From: Thioalkalivibrio sp.
GTDB taxonomy: Bacteria > Pseudomonadota > Gammaproteobacteria > Ectothiorhodospirales > Ectothiorhodospiraceae
NCBI GenBank assembly: GCA_003563455.1
Contig: PWRV01000248.1
Span: forward strand, 1 to 37,459
DNA length: 37,459 nucleotides
Reading direction: 5' to 3'
Shown here: in pieces, positions 19,680-27,641 of the stretch
Layout: every line of letters begins with the position of its first letter
Position numbering within the stretch: the first letter of the stretch is position 1
Made by a program: the position numbers and the translations under genes
Notes under the pieces: model-generated
What the model was told of the DNA's origin: nothing
What the model saw: the letters and a program-made list of their open reading frames with translations, nothing else
Database searches by the model: none

Positions 19680-20306
19680 ATGGCGCTTGTCGCCAACCGA
19701 CGTTCAGTGATGACCCTCTTCTCGGCCCACGACTGCGTGCGCTGCCACCGCATACGGATCATCCTGGCGGAGAAGGACATCGCCATCGATGTGGTCAACC
19801 TGGCGCCGGACGACATGCCGGAGGACCTCTCCGACCTGAACCCCTACAACGAGGTCCCGACGCTGGTCGACCGTGATCTCGCGCTGTACGGCACGCACGT
19901 GATCACCGAATACCTGGACGAGCGCTTCCCGCACCCGCCGCTGATGCCGGTCGATCCGGTGTCGCGGGCGGCCGCGCGTCTTGCGCTCTACCGCGTTGAG
20001 CGGGACTGGTATGCCGGCATGGATCTGATCGCGCAATCCAGTGGCGCGGGATTGGCCAAGGCCCGCAAGATGCTGCGCGAGAGCCTGCTGAACGCCACCG
20101 AGATCTTCGACCTGAAGCCCTATTTTCTCAGCGACGAGTTCAGCATCGTCGACAGCGCCATCGCCCCGGTCATGTGGCGCCTGCCCTCCGCAGGAATCGC
20201 GCTCGACAGCCTGCCGCGGTCGATCCAGCTCTACGCCGATCGCGTCTGCGGGAGGGAGTCCTTCCAGCTCAGCCTGACCGATGCGGAGCGGGAACTGCGG
20301 GAATGA
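19680..20306 (+). CDS. sspA: Stringent starvation protein A (GST-like)
   Basis: MALVANRRSVMTLFS, LNPYNEVPTLVDRDL, EYLDERFPHPPLMPVDPVSRA; follows petC. Confidence 0.96.
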   Translation: MALVANRRSVMTLFSAHDCVRCHRIRIILAEKDIAIDVVNLAPDDMPEDLSDLNPYNEVPTLVDRDLALYGTHVITEYLDERFPHPPLMPVDPVSRAAARLALYRVERDWYAGMDLIAQSSGAGLAKARKMLRESLLNATEIFDLKPYFLSDEFSIVDSAIAPVMWRLPSAGIALDSLPRSIQLYADRVCGRESFQLSLTDAERELRE

Positions 20307-20737
20307 GCATGACCTCGTCACGCCCCTACCTGCTGCGCGCACTGCTGGACTGGATCAGCGACAACGGCCTGACCGCACACCTGCTGGTCGACGCCACCCG
20401 GGCCGGGGTGGTGGTCCCCACTCAATTCGTCCAGGACGGCAAAATCACGCTGAATATCGGGCCTGCCGCGGTGCAGGGGCTGGAGATCGGCAACGAGTGG
20501 ATCGCCTTTTCCGCCCGCTTCGCCGGAAAGCCGATGCAGGTCAGTGTGCCCGTCGGCGCGGTGCTTGCGATCTACGCCCGGGAGAACGGCCAGGGCATGA
20601 TGTTTGGCAGCGAGCCCGGTGGTGAGGTCGAATCCGGCGAGAGTTCAGGGACGGGCCCCGGCGGTGAACGCGAAGAGGCGGATCCCGCCGCGAAGCCCGG
20701 GAAACGCAAGGGCCCGAGCCTGAAGGTCGTCAAGTAG
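20303..20737 (+). CDS. sspB: ClpXP adaptor SspB
   Basis: SSRPYLLRAL, FSARFAG, AIYARENGQGMMF, C-terminal ClpX-binding-type tail PSLKVVK; ATGA overlap with sspA. Confidence 0.96.
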   Translation: MSMTSSRPYLLRALLDWISDNGLTAHLLVDATRAGVVVPTQFVQDGKITLNIGPAAVQGLEIGNEWIAFSARFAGKPMQVSVPVGAVLAIYARENGQGMMFGSEPGGEVESGESSGTGPGGEREEADPAAKPGKRKGPSLKVVK

Positions 20738-22115
20738 CCGCGGCATCGGGAAGACTCTTGCCCGGATTCATGATTCCGTCGGGATCGAAGACACGCTGCA
20801 GTCCGCGCATGAGTTCCAGCGCCACCGGGTCCAGCTCACGGCGCACGAACGCCTTTTTCACCAGCCCGATCCCGTGTTCGCCCGAGAGTGTGCCCCGCAG
20901 CTCCAGCACCAGCGCAAAGACCCCGTCGAGGCAGGCCTCGGCCGAGCGCATCTGCGCCGGGTCCTCCGGGTCGACCAGCAGATTCACGTGGATGTTGCCG
21001 TTGCCGGCGTGGCCGAAGTTCACGATCGTAATTCCGTGCCGGCGGCTCAGGTCCTGCAGACCGTCAATCAGTGCCGGAATCCTCGATACCGGGACGACCA
21101 CGTCCTCGTTGATCTTCTTTGGAGCGACATTGCGCAGGGCCGGAGACAACGCCTTGCGGGTCCGCCAGAGACGTTCGGCATCCCCGGTGGTGGTGGCGAC
21201 CTCGATGCCCAGGCAGCCGCTGCCGCCGGCGGCCCGGCGGACCGCGTCCGCCGCGAGCCCGATCTGGGCCTGCGAGCCATCGACCTCGATCATCAGCAGC
21301 GCACCCGCCTCCTCGGGCAGTTCGGTGTCCGCATAACCACGGATCATCCCGATCGCCCCGGCGTCCATGAACTCGAGCGCGCAGGGGGTAACCGGCTGCG
21401 CCATGATCCTCGCGACCGCTGCCGCCGCTGCGGTCATGCTGGTATATACGGCCTGCATCAGCTGCCGCGTCTCGGGCAGCGGCGTCAGCCGCAGTGTGGC
21501 CTCGGTCAGCAGGGCAAGGGTTCCCTCGGAGCCGATCAGGAGACGAGTCAGGTCGTAGCCGACAACGCCCTTGGTCGTGTACACGCCGGTGCGCAGCGGG
21601 TCCCCGGTACCGGCGACGGCAGCCAGGCCCAGCGTGTTGTCCCGGGGCGTGCCGTATTTCACTGCGCGTGGCCCGGCCGCATTGCAGGCCAGGTTGCCGC
21701 CGATGGTGCAGTAGGCGCTGCTGGTGGGGTCGGGCGGCCAGAAGAATCCGTACTCGCCCGCAGCCTCCTGCACCTCGGTGTTGGTGGCGCCGGGCTGCGC
21801 GACCAGCCAGCGGTTGTCCGGATCGATCTCCACGATCCGGTTCATGCGTTCCATCGAGATCACCAGGCCGCCCGCCACCGGCACCACTGCGCCCGTGGTG
21901 CCGGTGCCGCGGCCGCGCACCACCAGCGGGCTGCGCAATTTCCGGCAGAGCCGCACCAGTTCCCCCGCCATCCGCTCGTCGGTGACAAAGGCCACCGCGT
22001 CGGGCGGCGCGTGCAGGCGGGAATTGTCGGCGCCGTAGGCCCAGCAGTCGGCCGGGTCCAGCAGGCGGTCCTGCGGGGGTAGCAGACGTTCCAGTTCCCG
22101 CTGCAGAGGGGTCAT
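20730..22115 (-). CDS. FAD-linked 2-hydroxyacid oxidase/dehydrogenase (GlcD-like, VAO/PCMH family)
   Basis: RGRGTGTTG, PPDPTS, TIGGNLACNAAG, GYDLTRLLIGSEGTL, GHAGNGNIH, SGEHGIG, DPDGIMNPGK; substrate not determinable. Confidence 0.88.
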   Translation of the reverse strand: MTPLQRELERLLPPQDRLLDPADCWAYGADNSRLHAPPDAVAFVTDERMAGELVRLCRKLRSPLVVRGRGTGTTGAVVPVAGGLVISMERMNRIVEIDPDNRWLVAQPGATNTEVQEAAGEYGFFWPPDPTSSAYCTIGGNLACNAAGPRAVKYGTPRDNTLGLAAVAGTGDPLRTGVYTTKGVVGYDLTRLLIGSEGTLALLTEATLRLTPLPETRQLMQAVYTSMTAAAAAVARIMAQPVTPCALEFMDAGAIGMIRGYADTELPEEAGALLMIEVDGSQAQIGLAADAVRRAAGGSGCLGIEVATTTGDAERLWRTRKALSPALRNVAPKKINEDVVVPVSRIPALIDGLQDLSRRHGITIVNFGHAGNGNIHVNLLVDPEDPAQMRSAEACLDGVFALVLELRGTLSGEHGIGLVKKAFVRRELDPVALELMRGLQRVFDPDGIMNPGKSLPDAAAT

Positions 22116-22468
22116 CACCAGTCCGCCTGGATCGCGTCCTGCAGCCACTCGATCCGATCGCTGGCGTCCAGCACGATCACGTCGAAGCGTACCGGTCCGC
22201 GCCAGCGCCGCTGCTGCAGGTAGGCCTCGGCGGTGCGCAGGAGGCGCTGCCGCTTCCGCGGGGTGATGCTTTCCGCGCCATCCGCGAAACCCCTGTGGCT
22301 GCGCTTGCGCACCTCGACGAAGACGAGCACGTCATCCTCCCGGGCAATCAGGTCGATCTCGCCGAAGCGCCGGCGGAAGTTGCGATCGATCACGCGCAGG
22401 CCCTGGCGCGTCAGGAACCGTTCGGCACCGTCCTCGGCCACACGGCCCTGTTCGACGGGCAGGGCCAT
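22115..22468 (-). CDS. yraN: YraN family protein (UPF0102, nuclease-like fold)
   Basis: GRVAED, RNFRRRFGEIDLIA, LVFVEVRKR, RFDVI; start re-called at ATG 22468. Confidence 0.93.
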   Translation of the reverse strand: MALPVEQGRVAEDGAERFLTRQGLRVIDRNFRRRFGEIDLIAREDDVLVFVEVRKRSHRGFADGAESITPRKRQRLLRTAEAYLQQRRWRGPVRFDVIVLDASDRIEWLQDAIQADW

Positions 22469-24354
22469 CAGTCCTCCCGCTGCTCGATCACTTGCATCGG
22501 CGCCGGTCGCGCCAGCCCATCGTGGAACTCGAGCCAGGCCGGTTGCCGCAACCAGTTCCGCGTCGGCGGGTGCTGCCGCCAGGTGCCGGCCACGCCGTTC
22601 ACCTCGAGATGGGGTGCACGCAGGTAGAGCGGCAGCCCCGAAGCGACGTCCATCGCGTCGATCCCCAGTGCCGCGAACCGTGGCAGGCGCGATGCGGTGG
22701 TCTCGATCTCTTCCGTCGAGGCCAGTTCGGCGAGCAGCTCCGGTTCGGGGTTCAGGGCGGGGTGCAGCCACGGCGCATCGGGGAAACGGATTCCGCTCAG
22801 GTCGCGGTCCCGGTCTGCCTGCGGCCGACCCTCGTATACATGCGAGGTCGCCAGTATCGGCAGCCTGCTGGCCCTGTGGTAGTGAAGGTGCGGTACGACG
22901 AGTCGCAGATCGGCCGCCGGTCCGGCGATGAAGATCATGTCGATGTCACCCCGAACCTGGGCGTCGGCCTCCAGTTCCAGTCGTGTCTGGCGGCGTACTC
23001 GCTGGATGCGCTGTTCGCTGGCGTCGATCCCGAGCGCGGTCCCGATGCGGGTATTGATCTCCGGTGAGCGTGCCTCGAAGCGGTGTTCCGCGGTCACGCG
23101 CCCGGACTGCCGTTCGAGGGCGTCCCTGAAGGCGCCGGCGACGCGATCGCCGAAGGAACCCTCGGGCACCAGTACCAGCGCCCGGTCGTTGCCGAGTCCG
23201 CGCGCGCGCTCCGCCACCGCGCGGGCGTCATCCTCGGGCGACAGCGACAGCACCCAGAAGGGGGCGGCCAATGTTCCGGGCGGATGGTTCAGCAGCAGTG
23301 TGGGCACGCCGGAATCGATCGTCGCGACCCTGTCTACCGCCTCCGGTACCAGCGGGCCGATCACCCGGTCCGCTCCCTGCTGCAGGGCATTGCGGTAGGC
23401 CGCATCCGCAAGATCTTCCTGGCCCGCGGTATCGAAGACCAGCAGGGAACCGGCCATGTCACGGGACTGGTAGAACCGGGCAGCGATGCCCTCGAGCAGG
23501 GCATTGCCCAGATCCGCCAGGGGCCCGCTCAACGGCAGCAGCACCGCAACCCGTGCCGGGGGCTCGATCGCCTGCTGCAATGTGTCGCGCAGTTCCGGCA
23601 GCAGGGCCTGGCCCGGGTGCCGGGGGTGCTCGCGCTCCCAGTGGGCGACCGCCTCGGTGAACGCGTCGGGATCGGTACCGGCCCCTCGGACGGCCCGGAA
23701 CAGTTCGATCCATCCAGCGATCGGTTCGGGATCCTCGAGCCTGTCGAGCTGCCGGATCTGCGCCGAATCCAGGGCCGCGAGCAGCCGCCAGATCGCCCGC
23801 TGATTCGCGCTCTGCAGCTCCGGCCGGTCGATCCGGTAAGGGTCCAGCTCGACCCGGGCCAGCAGGGCCTCCAGCGCCGGGCCGTGCGTCGTCAGCAACT
23901 CCGCGTGCAGTGCCAGCGCGTCCCGGTAGAGTGCGGTGTCCGGCGACTCATCGATCGGCGGCAGACGCTCCAGTGCCAGCCCGGAATCCCCGAGCAGGAC
24001 CGCAAGACGCGCGCCACGGTAACGGTCGGCGAGCGTGCCGCGGCCGTCGTCCGGCAACAGCGTCCACAGCCAGTTCGCGCGCAGCACCGCGTCACCCGCC
24101 GGTTCTTCCAGTCCCAGCACCGCGTCGATCGCGGTGCGCGCGAGCGCCGGATCCGGGGTGGCCTCGGCCTCGATCAGCAGGTTCCCGGCCCGCGCCTCGG
24201 GGCTGATCTCCCTCACCTCGGGATCGGGCGCTTCGGGCGGCGGTGCCGGACGCGGCGCGGCACAAGCGGCGAGCAGGATGCCAGCGCACCCGGCCAACAG
24301 GATCCGCGCCGTCAGGCCTGCGCGCGCGGAGAGGGTGCTGTGGGTTAGAGTCAC
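22468..24354 (-). CDS. lpoA: Penicillin-binding protein activator lipoprotein (LpoA/LppC)
   Basis: Lipobox LLAAC; VAVLLPLSG, SPEDDA, ALGIDA motifs; divergent from rsmI and upstream of yraN. Start GTG 24354 is uncertain. Confidence 0.85.
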   Translation of the reverse strand: MTLTHSTLSARAGLTARILLAGCAGILLAACAAPRPAPPPEAPDPEVREISPEARAGNLLIEAEATPDPALARTAIDAVLGLEEPAGDAVLRANWLWTLLPDDGRGTLADRYRGARLAVLLGDSGLALERLPPIDESPDTALYRDALALHAELLTTHGPALEALLARVELDPYRIDRPELQSANQRAIWRLLAALDSAQIRQLDRLEDPEPIAGWIELFRAVRGAGTDPDAFTEAVAHWEREHPRHPGQALLPELRDTLQQAIEPPARVAVLLPLSGPLADLGNALLEGIAARFYQSRDMAGSLLVFDTAGQEDLADAAYRNALQQGADRVIGPLVPEAVDRVATIDSGVPTLLLNHPPGTLAAPFWVLSLSPEDDARAVAERARGLGNDRALVLVPEGSFGDRVAGAFRDALERQSGRVTAEHRFEARSPEINTRIGTALGIDASEQRIQRVRRQTRLELEADAQVRGDIDMIFIAGPAADLRLVVPHLHYHRASRLPILATSHVYEGRPQADRDRDLSGIRFPDAPWLHPALNPEPELLAELASTEEIETTASRLPRFAALGIDAMDVASGLPLYLRAPHLEVNGVAGTWRQHPPTRNWLRQPAWLEFHDGLARPAPMQVIEQRED

Positions 24355-24388
24355 GACGGGTTCTTGAAGCGATGAGAGGCAGTCAGTA

Positions 24389-25276
24389 TTGAAAGAGCGC
24401 AACACGCTGTCAACGCGACCGGGGAAACTCTGGGTGGTCGCGACGCCGATCGGCAATCTCGAGGACCTGGCGCCCCGCGCCCGCCAGGTGCTGGCAAATG
24501 TCGACCTGATCGCGGCGGAGGATACACGCCACAGCGGCCGCCTGCTGTCCCGGCTGGGGATACCATCGCCCCTGCTGAGCCTGCACGAGCACAACGAAGC
24601 GGCCCGGGGGCCGGGCCTCGTCGAGCGCCTGTGGCAGGGTCAGGACATCGCTCTGGTGTCGGACGCTGGCACACCCCTGCTTTCCGACCCCGGGTTCCGG
24701 CTGGTGAGGGCCTGCCGCGAGGCGGGTCTGGAGGTGCTGCCGGTGCCCGGTCCCGGTGCCGCGCTTGCGGCGCTTTCCGTGGCGGGTCTGCCCTCCGACC
24801 GCTTCTGCTTCGAGGGCTTCCTGCCCGCCTCCGGTGCCGCCCGCCGCGAACGTCTCGGATCGCTGCTCGCCCACCCCGTGACCGTGGTCTGCTTCGAGTC
24901 CGCGCACCGGGTCCGGGATACCGCGGCCGATCTGGCCGGGCTTGCCCCCGAGCGGGGGATTTTCCTCGCGCGGGAAATGACCAAGCACTTCGAGGAGCAC
25001 TTCTTCGGCCCGGCGTCAATGCTGCCGGCATGGCTTGACCTGGACGCGAACCGGACCCGGGGCGAGTTCGTGCTGGTGATTGCTCCGGGCCAGCCCTCCC
25101 GGAATGCCGGCAGCGACGCCGGTATCGGAGACGAGGCTGAGCGCGTACTGGCTGCGCTGGTTGCCGAGGTGCCGCTGAAGCAGGCCGTGAAACTGGCAAC
25201 CACGATCACCGGTGTCGCGCGCAACCGCCTGTACGCCCGTGCCCTCGAACTCGCTTCCGACGACACGGCGTCGTAG
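24389..25276 (+). CDS. rsmI: 16S rRNA (cytidine1402-2'-O)-methyltransferase
   Basis: LWVVATPIGNLED, AAEDTRH, LVSDAGTPLLSDPG, FEGFLP, REMTK; exact start uncertain. Confidence 0.95.
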   Translation: MKERNTLSTRPGKLWVVATPIGNLEDLAPRARQVLANVDLIAAEDTRHSGRLLSRLGIPSPLLSLHEHNEAARGPGLVERLWQGQDIALVSDAGTPLLSDPGFRLVRACREAGLEVLPVPGPGAALAALSVAGLPSDRFCFEGFLPASGAARRERLGSLLAHPVTVVCFESAHRVRDTAADLAGLAPERGIFLAREMTKHFEEHFFGPASMLPAWLDLDANRTRGEFVLVIAPGQPSRNAGSDAGIGDEAERVLAALVAEVPLKQAVKLATTITGVARNRLYARALELASDDTAS

Positions 25277-25303
25277 CACCTGCCACCGGCGCCCCGCCAC
25301 CGG

Positions 25304-25332
25304 TTGCGTCCGGGCCCTGCGGCGCGTAAAAG
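25304..25332 (+). promoter_or_regulatory. Candidate sigma70 promoter of rnpB
   Basis: TTGCGT (25304-25309), 17-nt spacer, TAAAAG (25327-25332), 8 nt before the P1 helix. Confidence 0.5.
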
Positions 25333-25340
25333 GAAAGGTG

Positions 25341-25692
25341 GGAGTCGGCCGGATCGTCGCTGCGCGCAAGCGTGGAGGAAAGTCCGGGCTCCGCAGGGCA
25401 GGACGCCAGGTAATTCCTGGGCGGCGCAAGCCGACGGAAAGTGCCACAGAAAAGATACCGCCGATGGGGCCGGCAGCGTTCGGTCCACAGGTAAGGGTGA
25501 AATGGTGCGGTAAGAGCGCCCCGCGCGCCTGGCAACAGTGCGTGGCAGGGCAAACCCCGTCCGGAGCAAGGCCAAATAGGGGTGCCATGATGTGGCCCGC
25601 ATCGCACCCGGGTAGGCTGCTCGAGGCGCCTGGTGACAGGCGTCCCAGAGGAATGACGGTCCCCGACAGAACCCGGCTTACAGGCCGGCTCC
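25341..25692 (+). ncRNA. rnpB: RNase P RNA (bacterial type A)
   Basis: Universal motifs GAGGAAAGTCCGGGCTCC, GAAAGTGCCACAGAAA, GGTAAGAGC, AGAACCCGGCTTA; P1 pairing GGAGTCGGCC / GGCCGGCTCC; location between rsmI and mraZ. Confidence 0.98.
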
Positions 25693-25888
25693 CACTTCCC
25701 CCCACCTTGCGCCCCACCGGGACCCATCCCGTTTCCGCGGCCATTCCCGGAGCTCAAGTGGACTCTTAAGTTAGCCGTCCAAGACTCCGCTTTTTATGCA
25801 CTTTCGCGGCGCTTGCCCTCGCGATGTTCCGTGGGCGTAAGTCGTTGTCGGTGAACGCTTATTTTTTTCCGATCATTGTACTTTTTGC

Positions 25889-25918
25889 TTGACGGGTGGT
25901 GTTGGCGGTCCATATAGT
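25889..25918 (+). promoter_or_regulatory. Sigma70 promoter of the dcw/mra cluster (Pmra)
   Basis: TTGACG (25889-25894), 18-nt spacer, TATAGT (25913-25918); AT-rich UP-like tract at about 25859-25886. Confidence 0.75.
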
Positions 25919-25926
25919 GTCGGAAA

Positions 25927-25951
25927 GTGGGGGAGCGTGGGGACAAGTGGG
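25927..25951 (+). promoter_or_regulatory. MraZ operator (three GTGGG repeats, 10-nt period)
   Basis: GTGGG at 25927, 25937 and 25947, just upstream of mraZ; matches the known MraZ-binding TGGG-type direct repeats. Confidence 0.85.
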
Positions 25952-25969
25952 TCCCCGTCGAGGCACGCT

Positions 25970-26419
25970 ATGTTCCGAGGGGTCAGCCAGCTGAGCGTGG
26001 ACGCGAAGGGTCGCATCGCCGTACCCGCGCGCTACCGTGACGCCCTCACAGAGGGCTGCAACGGCCACATGGTGATCACCGTCGATCGGGACGGGTGCCT
26101 GCTTCTGTATCCGGCACCGGACTGGGAGCGCATCGAACAGGCCCTGATGTCGCGCCCGAACATCAATTCCCACGTGCGCAAGCTGCAGCGTCTGCTGGTG
26201 GGGCACGCGACGGAGTGCGACCTCGACGGGAAGGGGCGTCTGCTGTTGCCGCCGCCACTGCGCGAGTTCGCGGGCCTGTCGAAGCGGGTCGTGCTGGTCG
26301 GGCAGGGGAACAAGTTCGAAATCTGGGACGAGGACACCTGGTCCCGCAACCGCGAACTCTGGTTCGGGGAGGATGCGGATGATGCACTCAGCGAAGCGCT
26401 CGAATCCATCGCGCTCTGA
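25970..26419 (+). CDS. mraZ: Transcriptional repressor MraZ
   Basis: MFRG...VDAKGRIAVP, CLLLYP, DGKGRLLLP, GQGNKFEIW. Confidence 0.97.
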   Translation: MFRGVSQLSVDAKGRIAVPARYRDALTEGCNGHMVITVDRDGCLLLYPAPDWERIEQALMSRPNINSHVRKLQRLLVGHATECDLDGKGRLLLPPPLREFAGLSKRVVLVGQGNKFEIWDEDTWSRNRELWFGEDADDALSEALESIAL

Positions 26420-26424
26420 CACCC

Positions 26425-27360
26425 ATGGACAGCGACCCGCACATCCCGGTGCTGCTCGAGGCGGTGCTGGAGGGCCTCGCGTTGCAGCCCGACGGCCGCT
26501 ATGTGGATGGCACCTTCGGCCGTGGCGGGCACAGCCGGGCCATTCTCTCCCGGCTGGGGCCCCAGGGTGCACTGCTGGCAATGGACCGCGACCCGGCCGC
26601 TCACGAGGCGGCCCGACGGTTGTCGGACGATCCCCGGTTCACCTTTACCAGGGAGCGCTTTTCGCGCATGGCTGAGACGGTTCAGCAACACTGGCCCGAA
26701 GACGGGGTCGACGGGGGGCTGCTGGACCTCGGGGTCTCCTCGCCGCAGCTCGACGAGTCGTCGCGCGGATTCAGTTTTCAGAAGGACGGTCCGCTGGACA
26801 TGCGCATGGACCCGGGTGCGGGTGCCCCGGTCAGCGAGTGGCTCAACCGGGCCGACGAAACGTCGATTGCCGACACCCTCTTTACGCTGGGCGAGGAGCG
26901 CTACTCCCGCCGTATCGCCCGCGCGATCGTCGCCGCCCGGCGCAGTACCCCGATCACCCGCACCGCCCAGCTGGCGGAACTGGTGCGCCGCGCGGTGCCG
27001 CGCAGCGAGCCCGGCCGGCATCCGGCGACCCGAACCTTCCAGGCTCTCCGCATCCTGGCCAATGACGAACTCGGGGAACTGCGGATCTGGCTGCAGACCA
27101 TTCCCGGGGTCCTCAGGCCGGGGGCGCGGGCGGTGGTGATCAGTTTTCACTCGCTCGAGGATCGCATGGTCAAGCGTGCCTTTCAGGGGCGCGCGGAAAC
27201 TCCCGGGACGCGACTGCCGCGCGGTCTGCCGCTGGAGCCGGTGGCCACGACACCCCCGCTCCGGGTGGTGGGCAAGCCGGTGCGGCCCGATCCGCGGGAA
27301 TGCGCGCGCAACCCGCGTGCACGCTCCGCGGTGATGCGGATCGCGGAGAAGAACCCGTGA
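26425..27360 (+). CDS. rsmH: 16S rRNA m4C1402 methyltransferase
   Basis: HIPVLL, DGTFGRGGHS, DLGVSSPQLD, HPATRTFQALRI, SFHSLEDR, NPRARSA. Confidence 0.97.
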   Translation: MDSDPHIPVLLEAVLEGLALQPDGRYVDGTFGRGGHSRAILSRLGPQGALLAMDRDPAAHEAARRLSDDPRFTFTRERFSRMAETVQQHWPEDGVDGGLLDLGVSSPQLDESSRGFSFQKDGPLDMRMDPGAGAPVSEWLNRADETSIADTLFTLGEERYSRRIARAIVAARRSTPITRTAQLAELVRRAVPRSEPGRHPATRTFQALRILANDELGELRIWLQTIPGVLRPGARAVVISFHSLEDRMVKRAFQGRAETPGTRLPRGLPLEPVATTPPLRVVGKPVRPDPRECARNPRARSAVMRIAEKNP

Positions 27361-27641
27361 GCCGGATGCTGATCCTGCAGGCCGTGCTTGCGGCGCTCGT
27401 CTTTGCGTCGGCCATCGGCGTCGTCGTTGCGCGTCACGAGGCGCGGCAGGCCTTCATCGAACACCAGTCGGGGCTGCAGCAGCGCGACGCGCTGAATCTG
27501 GAGTGGACACAGCTGCAGCTCGAACAGGCCACCTGGGCGACACAGGCCAGGATCGAGACCGCCGCTCGGGAGCGCCTCGACATGGTTCGTCTCGGACCGG
27601 AGCGGATCATCTACATCGGAGGCGGCGGATGGGCGCGCTGA
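27357..27641 (+). CDS. ftsL: Cell division protein FtsL
   Basis: Short cytoplasmic segment, TM helix, coiled coil (LNLEWTQLQLEQATW...RIE..A...LDM); GTGA overlap with rsmH. Confidence 0.92.
   Translation: MSRMLILQAVLAALVFASAIGVVVARHEARQAFIEHQSGLQQRDALNLEWTQLQLEQATWATQARIETAARERLDMVRLGPERIIYIGGGGWAR

Noticed and set aside
25016-25769. ORFs overlapping the rsmI-mraZ interval on both strands
   Set aside because: They are translations of the RNase P RNA gene.
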